Below are positions 12,920-26,758 of a stretch of 64,000 nt of DNA, one piece after another (position 1 is the stretch's first letter; each line of letters begins with the position of its first letter). Below the pieces are notes generated by a model that ran no database searches, was not told the DNA's origin, and saw only the letters and a list, made by a program, of their open reading frames with translations. This DNA is from Amoeboaphelidium protococcarum X5 (lineage: Eukaryota > Fungi > Aphelidiomycota): the NCBI GenBank assembly GCA_023515725.1, contig JALDTO010000247.1:1-64000 (forward strand). The letters are read 5' to 3'. A program made the translations under genes and the position numbers.

Positions 12920-15250
12920 ATGAAATAGATTGAAATTGATTTGCTGAATGATGTCTCTAAATAAAACATTGAAAATATCAGTGATCGTGAAATATCCATC
13001 ATTGATCAATTCAAGTGCGGTAATTATCAGGACGTGATGTCTATGCTGAATGTCGATTGCGTCAATATCAGCGAAAGCATCTAATCACTGAGTGGTAGTG
13101 ATAGACTCGTTGTGGCGGCTTGTCTAATTCAGCTGTTTGTTAAAGATAATTTTGTTGGACCTGTCGACGATATTGATGAAGATTTGAATGATCATAATCT
13201 AGAACTTGACGCGTAAAAATATGCAGCAGATATCAGCGGTGAGGATCTGCTGCCGAAAACGCGTCATCTATGGTATCTCACGTCATCAATTGACATTCTG
13301 AATGATATCATCGAATCTGAGTACAAAGTTGGTGCTAGTATCTGGTTATTGAGATCCCTGTTCTTATTACAGAGACTGTGTGAAAATCCGTCTGAGAAGG
13401 TCAAGACTGCAATGTATGACGTGATTTAGAGTATAGGTGAATTGACAGTGGAAGACTGTATCGATGTCTATGTTCTTTTGTAATTGCTAGAGATCAATAT
13501 CTATTAGTACTATGGAGATAATGTCAAATCTGGCGCAATGCTATAATCTTTAAAGCAGTAAATCAGTTTTGACTATTCAGTTACGGGCGAGTTTGGTAGA
13601 AAGATGACTTTGCAGCGGAATGATGTGGCGTTATTGAAAGTAAATGTTAATACGCTTTCGCTTTTGAATGGTAATTGCAATATGGTAAATCTTAGTGGTG
13701 AGTTGAAATTTTTACCTCATGCCATCAATGTCGATAATGAGTTTCTATTGCAGAGCGTATAGTGGTAGTCTTAGAATGGAGACGAGTAGCATATACATCT
13801 GCATCCTTTGGAATAGGCTATCATTTTGGCAGAGTGCAAGTAAGTTTAGATCAGTAATCCTGATGAAGATATATCGCGGGAATAGATGTGGCCTTATGTG
13901 TACTGTGTGCTGGGATAGAAGAATTGTAATGTCATGTATTCTTAAGCCTTGTTGTTACGATCATAGCTGGAATCCCACAAGAGCAAGTATGTTGAGCGCG
14001 CCCTCTTTTAGTTGCAGGAGCTTGTCGATCACTATGGTAGATTTGGTGACCAGGGCAAAGAGAAGGCGTAGTACTTTCATGCGGCGACATACCCTTCGAT
14101 TGTGGAGCTGAAAAGATTATTTGCTTAACGTCTTGCTGGTCTTGGTGTGTTCAAGTCTGCCATGGAAATATATGAGTCTCTTCATCTGTGGGAAGACGTG
14201 GTGAATTGCTTAGTAATCTTGGAGGAGGATTAGAAGGCGGAGTAGTTGCTGGTGGATTTGTTGAGCAAGTAGCCTGACTCCCCGAAATTGCTCTGCATTC
14301 TGGGTGACATTAGAAAAGATAGTTCTCTCTATCAGCAGGCGTGGTAAGTTAGTGGTGGTAGGTATGCGCGAGCGATGAGAAGTTTAGGTGGGTATTACTT
14401 CAAGTAGGGTGATTATCGCTCATCTATTGAATGCTATAACAAAGCGTTGAGCATAAACTCTTTATTTGAGAGTTCTTGGTACGCTCTTGGATGTGCCGCC
14501 CTCAAGATTGAAGATTGGGATCAGGCTGAGCGCGGCTTTAGATAGTGTGTGCAACTAAATAGTGAGAATGGTGAGGCTTGGAATAATTTGGCTGCGATTT
14601 ATAGTGGCACTTCCCGCGACGCTGATGCTTTCAGATGTCTCAAAGAAGGACTAAAGGTTAAATTTGACAATTGGAAAATGTGGTAGAATCTCTTGCACGT
14701 TGGTCTCCCGATTGGCGAGTATTTTGACTGTATTCAAGCCTACGAACGCCTGATTGATCTCTAGTGGTCTAAGCCCAACTCTTTAGACATTAAGATTCTA
14801 GGCGCTTTGGTTAAATATATTGTTAAGTCTTTGTCTACTCGTGATATCAATTAGTCAGCTCTGCTCACAAAGACTAAGAGTCTTCTTGACGTGGTAACTC
14901 AAAAGCATCCGTTCAATCATGAAGCTTGGTAAATTTATACTGACTTTCATGCTAGTATTAACGATGAAGAGAAAGCTTTCTAAGGGAAGATTTCCGAGTT
15001 TAAGGCAATGAACACGTCAGGTGTGGCGGAGCGTGCTTTATATGATGAGGAATCTTTCGCGTTGTTGGTTAAATGTGCTCTAGAATTGGCTGAAACTTAT
15101 CGCCTGGCACAGAACAATGGTCAAATGCAAGATGGCAAGTCCCAGGCTCGCTTGATGTTGAAGAATATTTTGAGAAGATTTAGAGATACATATGAAGGTT
15201 CTTAATTACTCAACGAAATTGAGACTGCATTAGCACAGTTTACTGTTTGA
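12920..15250 (+). CDS. EMW1: TPR protein TTC27/EMW1 (~776 aa)
   Basis: RSQLESHKSKYVERALFQLQEL; YARAMRSLGGYY; KALSINSLFESSWYALGCAAL; EAWNNLA TPR motifs. Confidence 0.75.
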
Positions 15251-15449
15251 TCAATAGCGACAACATTGGTGCTCTTAAAAATAGACTGGATTTTAAAAAT
15301 AGGCTTGATTTAACCAGATTTCCTCACCAAGATACCGCTTTCATTTCCCAGCAGCATTGATCAAAGGGCAATATATCCAATCTATTAGTAGTCGAATTCA
15401 GTTGCTTGAACTTAATTCATTCAGGTCTTAAAAAATTAATATCTCAACT

Positions 15450-17072
15450 ATGCGATCCGACGATTAAGTAAAGAGCGAATCAACAACGTCGCCGGCAGAT
15501 TCGAACACGACGGCGGTTGATGGTCAGAGATCAGTCAAAAAGTTGTGGCAAGATCAAGCACAAAGCAATCTAGTACTTAAAAGATCTCACGAACACAATG
15601 ATGCAAATGATGAGGCGACTTCTTCAACAAGTAATGACAGTATTACTAATCAGGGTGATAGTGTATCTAATGATGGTAAGAGTCAAAATCATAAAGGAGG
15701 TGATGAGAAGAAGGAGCGACCTAAACAAATGTAGCGCCGGCGACGCACAACTGAGTATCAGCTGAAGCGTCTTCTGGAGATATTCGAGACCATCACTGAT
15801 ACGCCATCGTTTGGGCAGCGAGATGGTATTGCGCAGGAGCTTGGTATGACCAACAGGGAGGTGCAGGTGTGGTTTTAGAATCGTCGTGCAAAGATGGCGA
15901 AACTGCGCGCTGAGGCTCTGAGGAGAGAAAATACTCAGCGGGAACTGATGTTTAATTAGTTGGCGATGCATGGACATATATAGCAGCAGCAGGATATATA
16001 GGGAGTTACTGTCGCAGTCGCTATTGACTACGCAACTTTAAAGCAGCATCACCTGAACGATCCACGCGCAAACTATTAGATTCTGTCATCAGCAGCTAAT
16101 ACCACTGGTCTGGGCTTGCTTCCTTCAAAGGGTAATGGGGATGGCTTCAATTCGCCTGCAGCTCTGTCTAATTTCACCTAACGTCCGCAGTCGTAAAGAT
16201 ATAACAATGCCACTCTGCCTGCCATGTATGTTTTGAGTGCGTAAAATGAACGTCTACTGTCGATTAAACAGCAACAGCAATAAAAGAATACAGCTCTTGG
16301 CTTTCCTGTCTAGGCTGGAAGTTTTGGATAATCAAGCGCCTTAAAGTAGGAATATACCGTGGACTCTGGCCGCGTCAGTGATTTTTCTGGATCTGATGGT
16401 AAATCCAGTGTTGGATTAAGCAGTCCATTCCGGGATATAGATTTGTAAGGTGGACAAGGATTTGGTATTGGTCGCACTGTAGATACAGGCCTTTCCAGGT
16501 AGGAGTCGGATGATTTGAAGTTGGATAGAACCGCGGGCTTAGCCGGAGTTAACTATTCCTCTAATCTGCAAGTGTCCAGTATCTAGAAAGATTAGAGTCA
16601 GATGCTGAATGTACCATCCAACAACAGTAGCGATCACTAGTTCTTCTTGAAGGGAGTGGGTGGTCATTCAGTGTCAGACTTCATCTAAAGTCCTCATCTA
16701 TCCAATGAGTTGCCTAGCTGGTTCATATCTAATAATTCTACAACTTTTGCTGTACCTGCAGATGCATCATTGCCTTCATTACACGTCAATTATCAGAGTT
16801 ATCGCTACGATTCCAAGTATAAGGATCAAAAGCAAACAAATAATGTTGTTGATTAAAGCTAAGAATTGGAATCTCCTACCGATAAAGTATTGCCGTTTTT
16901 TAAAAGTAAAATGTCCAATGATACCAATAAGGCAAGCGATGTGTCTATGGAATTGCAAAAGTCTAATGCAATAGGTCATTCTGAAAAGGATTCCGCTGTA
17001 GATCATGCGCCATCCATTATATCCAACTCTGCAAGACCGTTTAAGAAATAACGTTATTCAGTGTCTTTATGA
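15450..17072 (+). CDS. Homeodomain transcription factor (~540 aa)
   Basis: RRRRTTEYQLKRLLEIF...LGMTNREVQVWFQNRRAK; the Q of WFQNRR is TAG (15876-15878). Confidence 0.9.
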
Positions 17073-17259
17073 AATTATGGTGACTATTGTGATCAAGGCG
17101 CACTTGTACTGTAGAGCTATTGTGAGATTATGATAAGCTTGAATTGCCGCGTAAAATAGACCTAAACATATTCCAAAAGAAGTCTATAATTTATCTTAAT
17201 CTATTATTCATTTTCTATTACATACGGCATTTTTCAAGAATAATATACTGACGCATTAA

Positions 17260-18542
17260 TCAAGCATTTTAATTGTGAGAGATATCATCACGTAGCATTG
17301 AACTCAATTAGTGGCTAGAGGATGCGGCAGAGGGGAGATTGCTATTACTAGCCAAATTTTAAACACTACTAACATGCGAGTCCTGCTGATTACCAGATTA
17401 TTGACGCGTCGCAGCAGAAAATTGATGCACCACGCCAGCGGTATTCAATCTCCGGAGCCATTTCATTCTCTGAGCACTTTTGCTCTTCTAATTAATGCGA
17501 AAGCCATAAATTCGCGGCACATACACACCACCTTGTGAGAACTGTGATCGATCGGTGCCTTACATAGAGCCACTAGAGGTCCCTATATTTACAGACTCTA
17601 GAGCATTACGCTGCCACATGAATTGCACCTGTTCAAATTATTGTGGATAAGTGTTTATCAAAAGATGTGCCGCAGTTTAGCCAAACGCACATCCATCTAA
17701 AGCCTGGTGCTTCCCATGAGTAGGATGATATAAATCGATGCACATTGGACAGAATAAGGAGACGGTGTGTTCATTAGGAAACTCTGACATGCCAACAGGG
17801 AGCAGGCTTTATTATTGACAGAGAACTCGCGGGCATTCACCGTACACCTGACCTAAATAATTCTCCAACAGCAATTTCTATCCTTACTTGGTCCTGATAA
17901 ATCTCTAATGAATTAACATGTACAACTTTTCCGCTGATGTCTCTATAATATGCATTTCGCTTTTCGAATATCGACCCTCTACATAATAGAAATCATCAAA
18001 GTAATTAATCCAACCATTATTAATAATAATATTCATACCTGGTCCAGTGTCTAGAATCATCTCCAGAGCCTCTTAGAAATACGGCACAAGCATATTGAGT
18101 CCAGTGAGATTAAATTCATCTTCAATAAAAGATTCTGCCACTTCTACAAAGAAATCATTTCCTTCCAATGAACAGAACCATTCAATCCAAGAAACTACAT
18201 TACATTATAAATGACGTGAAATGAATGCATATATGGAATAAGGTCGACAATAGAACTACCTTCGGAACCCTCATCATCCTCTTCTTCATCGTCATCATCA
18301 TCATACACTCCATAATACTCTTACTGTTAATGATAATCTTATTAGTGATGGTGATCATCATCCTGCATAGAATCTGTATGTTCACGCGCCAAATTGGGAT
18401 CCACGACATCTAGACTGCCAGTACTGGACGTTGACGTCTAAGAGGTGGAGCTACTACTGCTGCTGTTGGTACCAGTAGCACTCGACCCTGCCACTAATGG
18501 CTAAACTTGTAGATTTCGAATCTATTACGATTAAGACGCCAT
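17260..18542 (-). CDS. CKB1: Casein kinase II regulatory (beta) subunit, with introns
   Basis: [29 protein letters not shown]; YGECPRVLC...LFCPMC Zn finger; [10 protein letters not shown]. Confidence 0.9.
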
Positions 18543-18654
18543 TCCTGATGTAGAATATTATGAAGTATGAGTTTCACGTAACAACCGACGTGGAAAAGCG
18601 CAACTACGAAATGAATAAACTTTTGTGAGGAAAACAGTTGGATTTCTTGGATGG

Positions 18655-18694
18655 TCTCTCCCTCTCTCTCGCTTTCTCTCTCTCTCTCTCTCTC
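18655..18694. repeat. (CT)n/(GA)n microsatellite upstream of CK2beta
   Basis: tctctccctctctctcgctttctctctctctctctctctc. Confidence 0.8.
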
Positions 18695-18870
18695 GAAAAG
18701 GGTCGGAAGTGAAGACGGAACCGTTTCAGGAGAAGGACGAGTCCAGACCGATATTGTGCTAACGATCCGATGAAAATTTTCCATAAAGATGGTCATGGAA
18801 AATAGTTATATTCATAGATGAATTCCGAATATCATAAATATCTTATATTAGACGCGCTATGTACAAATTA

Positions 18871-20047
18871 TCAATGCCTCAAAGGTATACTACCCACCTT
18901 GGGCGGTAAAATTATGCGAGAGTTACGTTTCCAAAACTCCAATAATACTTTTGCAGTCTCTTCAGGTTTGTCCTCATGAACGTAATGTCCTACATTGGTC
19001 AGAATAGTCATTTGAAATTTACCTACACTTTCATATATCAAAATTACAATTTCAAATTATAATGATTGAGTATAATTAATACCTTATATCTAGGCAATAG
19101 TCAAAGTCTTGTCCAGACGATCAGTGTTTGCGATAATCAACAGTTTGGCAGCTTTCACTTTCAAGAAATTGTCAGAGAGTCCAGTGAACCATTCTACATT
19201 AGATTGCGTATTTTATAGAGATATAATCTTTAAAGTACTGAATATATTTACATGTCCAAAATGGTTCAGTTGCAGAGAGATCAGTCCTCCACTTGTATTC
19301 ACCACTGTCTTGCTTGATCAAAAGAGACGGCATCGAAACCTCTGCCTACTTTTAATTACGTGTCATTCCATGCGATAGGCTACAATTACAATAGATGAAA
19401 GTATTCCATAAATTAATTTAGAAAAGAATGATGCTCACCTCCATTCCACGGCTTCATTGATATTATGAAATTTAGATGGACGCGTTTGGATGTAAGACTT
19501 CATGTATCTCATGGCATCTAAAGCGGTTCCCTCCACAACATCGATCATCACTATTCCAATGACGTTTCTCCAGCCTGACTACAAGGCAACTTGTACCATC
19601 ACAGGTGCACCCATACTACAACTAAGTTGCGTGTATATGATTGATTAACACAACAGAAGGAATATGCAGTTACCTGTGACCAACCAGAATCACATCATAC
19701 TGCTTCATCTGTTCAGGGGAGTAAACAGCTGAAACAATCGCAATGGCATCATCTGTCAACTGTTATAACTCCAATAAGCCAGAATTAACAGAGTCTCCAT
19801 GCCCGCGAGCATCAAAGCAGAAAACTTCACCATAATTCAGATAGTTCATCAGTGCGAGAGACATCGTGGCGAACGACAGCCCGGATGATCCAGCGCCATG
19901 GTGGCATATAAATAAGGGCACACGCTCGCCCTCTTTCAACTACTCTGCAGGAGGTTTCGTATTAACATAACATTTAAACTGATCTCCGCCATCTTTTCCA
20001 ATTGTAACTGTTAATTGCTTTGTAAAATACTTATCCACATCACTCAT
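18871..20047 (-). CDS. PPE1: Protein phosphatase methylesterase 1, several introns
   Basis: HHGAGSSGLSFA; DARGHG; GHS|MGA split by an intron; IDVVEGTA; GHYVHEDKP. Confidence 0.85.
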
Positions 20048-20175
20048 TATGAATTGAAAAAGTAAGCTTCTTTATAACAAATCAGCTAAAATAAAAGGGT
20101 CATTGACAAATCAAACTTGTTAGAAATGCAAAGGTGACAAAAAAAGTCAAAGACTGAATAAATACAATGAAACAA

Positions 20176-21180
20176 TCACGACTTTTTTGGCATACATTCA
20201 CCATCTTCAAGCCGGCGGATAATGACACAGTCAGACAGTTAGTTCTCGATATCGCCATGCTCATACATGTAAGAGCAAGCAATGGCAAGCTACTTTCCAT
20301 CACGACGAAAACTCAAACTGGCTATAGAGTTGGTAAACTAAAACTACTTGATACGCTTCCTCTTGGCCCCATCCCACACAGATACATTATTATCGGATCC
20401 CCCAGTGAGGAATGTACCATAATTCGGATGGAAAGTGAGAGCATTCACTGGGTAGATGGTTTCGGTACCATCAGCCTTTACGCGGTGACAGCGAAACGCG
20501 TACTTTTTAGACTGAGTCTCCGAATCTGCTCCGATAAAGTCTACGGCCACCCTGCCTTCTATGGATGAAGTGACATAGCATAGAGCATCCGGACTGAGAC
20601 ATACACATCTAGTTTGATGTTTAAGAGAGGATTCGCGTTTCTAAATAGGTTTCAAATCATCCAAACTGTCTACAGATCGACCAGTCATAAAGCAAGACAA
20701 ATCAAAGATCCATATGGCGCGATCGCTCATGGCCACCACCAAAACGTGCTTTTATAATGACATTGAATACACCTTACCAGGAAGCTATATAATCTTCTAG
20801 CCACCAGTTTTCAAAGAGTAAAGTATCAGTGTCTTGTCCCAACTACCGGAAATGATAATATGAGCCTTACTGAGAAATTCCACGCATTTCGCACCATCCT
20901 TATGCTGATATAGCTCCACGTTATTACCAGACATAAAATCATACTTGTAAACTCCACCATCTAAGCATGCGGCAATAATCTCAGTCTCTACGTCAGTGCA
21001 TGAGACATCTAGGACAGGAATTTAAAAATCAAAAGTCTTGGGCTTCTCACTCACATCTTGGTAATATTTCACCTTGCCATCCCAACTAGAGCTTATCAGC
21101 GAATCAGAATTCTAATTAAATCGTACTCTAGTAATCCCATCACTATGACTATCTTTCAACTAATACTATTACTGGCTCAT
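20176..21180 (-). CDS. BUB3: Spindle checkpoint WD40 protein Bub3 (~334 aa)
   Basis: RESSLKHQTRC; SSIEGRVAVD; KKYAFRCHR; IYPVNALTFHPNYGTFLTGGSD. Confidence 0.9.
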
Positions 21181-21367
21181 ATTGCAAGGAGGTTGTGATG
21201 CAAACGCAAAAAAGAACTAACTCTCACAAGATAAAAAAGCAGAGAAAAGCGCGTAATATTGCGTTTCGTTTCAAAAGGATATGGGGCAGTGATCGCGTAA
21301 ATGTCGAGCAGCTGTTTTGAATGGTTTCTAGTCATCTATCTATCCGGTAAAATCTCTATTCACTGTT

Positions 21368-21965
21368 TCACTCTTTCGTCTGCAAATCTTCGCCATTAAT
21401 AGTCTTTGACGCGTCCTTCTGTTTCTTCAACGTGATCGTCTTGATAATATCAATGCATTGATAATCGCCGTTCCAGCCTTGAAGCACTGTTACGTTCTTG
21501 GCATTGGTCAGATCTGGGATTACAAAGCCAGCATTTTCATATTCATTCAAGTCCTTCTATCGCATCATTTCAAGTAGGGTGAGACGCGGTGGCTTTGGCC
21601 TTCTAACACTTCCATGCACTCTTGACTGTTGCAGAGACTCGATCTCGCCATCATTTCTCTCAATGTACTGTTAAATCAGAGAGTGAAATTACTGCACCGA
21701 CAGTGACTGTTACTACAACTTTCCCAGTTCTTTCCTAAACCACTTCCATTTCTCTACAATGGGCAGAATCTTCTCATCTTTGTGCTGCTTCTTCACCGAA
21801 TTGATTCTCTTTACACGCGCCTATACACGATTAATCTAGGCAGCTTTACGCGAAAAAGGATGAATCTTATCACCTTTGATATCTTTCAATGATTTTTTAC
21901 TGTTATTAGGCTACAAATGATATAAAAATTATATAATTCATATGTAAATATGCAGATCTTACCAT
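21368..21965 (-). CDS. TMA16: Translation machinery-associated protein 16, intron right after ATG
   Basis: HPFSRKAAQINR N-terminal motif; EYENAGFVIPDLTN C-terminal motif. Confidence 0.75.
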
Positions 21966-22049
21966 GTTGACAATTTTTTATTTCGTTTTCTTTTATCAGA
22001 GTGAAAAACGCAAGGATCAGTAAAAACGGCAGTAAAAGTAAGAATTATC

Positions 22050-22811
22050 ATGGGACTGCTCACGATACTGAGGAAAATTAAGTAGAAGGAACGTGAAATG
22101 AGGATTCTCGTTGTAGGATTAGATAACGCTGGGAAGAGTACAATTTTGTACAGTTTCGAACAGCTTCAAACTGCCTCTGAACCTGCTAAAAAGTGTGATG
22201 AAGTCGCTGACATGATTGGTAATCTAAAGCTTGATCACGATAAGATATCTCCGACTGTTGGATTTTAGATCAAATCGTTACTACATAAGGCTGGCTATTT
22301 ATTGACGATATGGGATATAGGTGGCTAGAAGAGCATTCGCCCTTATTGGCGAAATCATTATGCTCAGACAGACGCTCTGATATTTGTCATTGATGGAACG
22401 GACCGTGAGCGATTGTTGCCCGACAATAATGAGAACGCTGTTAACGCCAATGGAGATTAGGCAGTTATGTTTATTGGTAACAATGTTCTGGAAACCATGC
22501 AACAAGTATTAGGTGATGATCGTACCGGCGGCGCGTCTCTACTTATCATGGTCAATAAAAGTGATGTATCGGGAGCAATGACACCGGCGTAAGTTCAACA
22601 AGCTCTTCAGTTGGATAAATGGCTCAAGGGTAGAAATTACAAGATTGCAGCGTGCAGCGCGTATACCGGACAAGGTATCACGGAAGGGTTTGACTGGATA
22701 GTGAAAGATGTATCCGGTCGTCTTTATCACAATCATCATCATCACGCGACCAAAGTCAGCGGCGCCTCCTCATCGCCTAATCAAAGCGAGGAACTTTCAC
22801 ATCAGGGTTGA
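22050..22811 (+). CDS. ARL2: ARF-like GTPase Arl2, with insertions
   Basis: [30 protein letters not shown]; [15 protein letters not shown] (Q=TAG 22326-22328); NKSD. Confidence 0.85.
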
Positions 22812-22991
22812 AATTGATGGCACCTGCAATAAGTCTTTGAATGGAAAGAATGTAAATAAGAAACTAGAAAATTACCGCATTACTCCTACCGTTTTTATTT
22901 CGCTCGTATTATATCAATATATATGATGATGATGGATAGAATCAGACAAAATGCCCAATCACCTCCACTTTCATCATACCGCCTGCCACTC

Positions 22992-23686
<695 letters not shown>

Positions 23687-24242
23687 TTATGCGAATCAGT
23701 CAACCAACTAACAAAAGTTTGAATTTACAAAGTTAAAAGAAAGAACGTCGTTGTTGTTCGTTATTGATGCTGCGCTCTTTGATGAGTGAAGAGAACGTTT
23801 GAGTGTTGTGAGGAACAACGAGCGGGCGAAAGAGAGAGAAGGAACAAACGGCCCGAGACGGAAAGCCACGACACGACCGAGCGGCAAAAATTTTCTCTGG
23901 AGCGAACGAACGAACAATCGAACGTTGTGATTTTCGATTGAGGGACTCACCAATGTTAAGGGTCATGTCGTCTATTCGTTACTTGGATTTGACTCTATTT
24001 ATCACATTTTTTTCTGTACGGACTATTCAGTTGATTATCTAATTCGGACTTTACTTACACATGAGGCTCTCTTTAAGGCTCTGTATGCAGAGTGAGTGAA
24101 TTTCAAAAGCGCGTCATCCGTACATTGTCTCATCCCTGATCAACACTCAACAATCTGAAGTTCAAACGTTCAAACGTCAGCGCGATTCTCTGATTTCCCT
24201 TCTCTTGACCTGTCAAACTAGAAAAAATACTGATTGATCGAC

Positions 24243-26677
24243 ATGTAGTTTGATAACACTGAAAAGAACGAGTACTTGCCTATCGACTAATATGGGTATG
24301 CTTTTAATTGATATTACTTTTTCACGATACCTAGTCTATTACTAATCTTATCATTATTATATGTAGTGTTATTGGTAATTTGAGAACATGTGCTTTAGTG
24401 GGTATGGATGGAAGTATTGATTTCTTGTGCTATCCCAAGTTTGATTCGTCATCGATATTCTGTAAGATCCTGGACAAGGATAAGGGTGGTCACTTCAGTG
24501 TCAAGCCTATACATGGCGCTCAATGGTCACCTTTCGACATGCATGGCACACCGGCCACTGAGTGCATGCAGTAGACGGATACGAAAAGGGCTGATTATTT
24601 TGACACGCACCAAGATGGTATCAGTGATGAACTCAAGGATAATGATCTAGAATTCTAATCCACGTCATTCTCATCAAAGCAGTAGTATTTCCCTCAGACT
24701 AACATGTTGCTGACCAGGTTCCTCTCAGAGAATGCTGTGGGACAAGTGACTGATTACATGCCACTGCCATACTATTAATCTCAGGGTAAAAGCAGCAGTG
24801 GTGCGGTGGTGCTTCCTTGGATAGCGAGGCATGTCGACGTTGTTCGTGGCAGAATCAGATTCCGTATCGAGTGTTTCCCTGCATTTGAGTATGGCACCAA
24901 GAGTCATAAGACTACGATAAATGCTCCAGTTACCTGTGATGGTAATGGCGATGGCTTCCGTGCACCGCATGTGGATAGCTGTAATATTAGCAACTATAAT
25001 GAACTTGCAGATTAGTGGACTCCATTTAGAGAAGGAACCATGTAGAACAATATAGTCCTGTTTGAGTCTGAGGATGGTGAGCAGGTTTTTGAATTGTTTG
25101 CACTGGTCAAATATTCGGATGATGAAGATTATGATCCGGAGGTGGATGGTAAGTTATATGAGACTGCACTCTGTCCCCTGCTAACTTGGAAAAAGGTTAA
25201 ACGTGATGGTATGCTGGGAGAAGGTGTTGTGGGAGAAATTACGCTGTTTGAGAGATAGGAACTAATGTTGGTGTTCCGTGAACATCCTCAACTGTCTAAG
25301 CGTGCAGTGGAGACTCACTAAATCTGTTTGAAATCTGCTGTCAATAATCCAGTTGAATCCAAGTCAGATTAGCAAACGCGTAGTATTGATCCTTTGTTGT
25401 TTGATCCGCCATTAACCGTGGGCCTTCTGAACCAGCTCAGACATATGACGCACGAATATTGGCTGGGATGGAGTGAGAAGTGCAAGTATACGGGTAGATG
25501 GAGAGAGACGGTGTTGCGCAGTGCTTTAACTCTTAAGCTTCTGACATATGCTCCGACCGGTGCTGTTGTTGCATCACCAACTTTTGGGCTACCTGAATCT
25601 GTCGGCGGTGTCAGGAACTGGGATTATCGGTTCAGTTGGGTAAGGGACTCTGCATTTACAATCTACGCATTCCTCAGAATTGGATTTACAGAGGAGGCTA
25701 AGGATTACTGGGATTTCATGCAGAAACGATGTAATGACTTGAATCCGGATGGATCGCTGAGTATCATGTACACGATCGATGGTAAGAAATATATGCCGGA
25801 GAGTGAGCTTGACCATCTGGAAGGGTATCGTCAGTCAAAGCCTGTCAGAATTGGCAATGCTGCACAAGATCATCTTCAATTAGACATCTACGGAGAGTTG
25901 ATGGATGCTGCGTATTTGTACAACAAGTTTGGGTCCCCTATTTCGTATGATCTATGGTGTTCACTGCGAAGACTAGTCGACTATGTGTGCGACAATTGGG
26001 ATAGACCGGATAATAGTATTTGGGAGGTGAGAGGTGAGATGAAGCACTTCACCTATTCCAAAGTAATGTGTTGGGTAGCGGTGGATCGTGGCTTGAGATT
26101 GTCAGAGAAACGGATGCTTCCATGCCCGTACAGATAGCGATGGTTCCAGACCAGGGATAAGATTTATGAGGACATTATGGAGAAGTGTTTTGATAAACAG
26201 AAGAAGACTTTTACGTAATGTTATGAGAATAATCTACTGGACTGTGCGTGTCTCATCATGCCTCTGGTGTTCTTCATATCCCCGTCTGATCCCAGATTTA
26301 CCAGCACTCTGCGTGAGATATGCAAAAGCCCCGAGAGAGGCGGACTTTTGATTAATAACTTTGCACTGAGATATGATCCGATCAAGTCGATGGATGGCTT
26401 GCCTGGGTAAGAGGGCACGTTCACAATGACAACTTTCTGGCTGGTGGAGGCTCTTACCAGGGCTGGAAAGTATCACACTCCATTCCTGCGCAAGGCCCAT
26501 TTTATATTTGAACAATTGCTAAGTTACGGCAATCATCTGGGTCTATTCAGTGAAGAGATTGCCAAGTCTGGTGAACTTTTGGGTAATATGCCTCAAGCAT
26601 TCTCCCACATTGCTCTGATAAGTGCCGCGTATAATCTTGATAGAACTCTGTCTGGAAAGGGCACGAACTCTAACTGA
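24243..26677 (+). CDS. Glycoside hydrolase family 15 (glucoamylase/trehalase-like), short 5' intron
   Basis: [27 protein letters not shown]; [22 protein letters not shown]; LQLDIYGE; [10 protein letters not shown]. Confidence 0.9.
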
Positions 26678-26758
26678 AATTGTAATGCTTTGAAATGTAA
26701 TTGAAATATAACTTAAACTGTAATTTATTTAGCTCAATATTTGTCTTCATTCATCAGC

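Noticed and set aside
24243-26677. GH15 gene as a recent bacterial horizontal transfer
   Set aside because: It has a spliceosomal intron and host TAR codons, and this GH15 subfamily also occurs in fungi; needs a phylogeny
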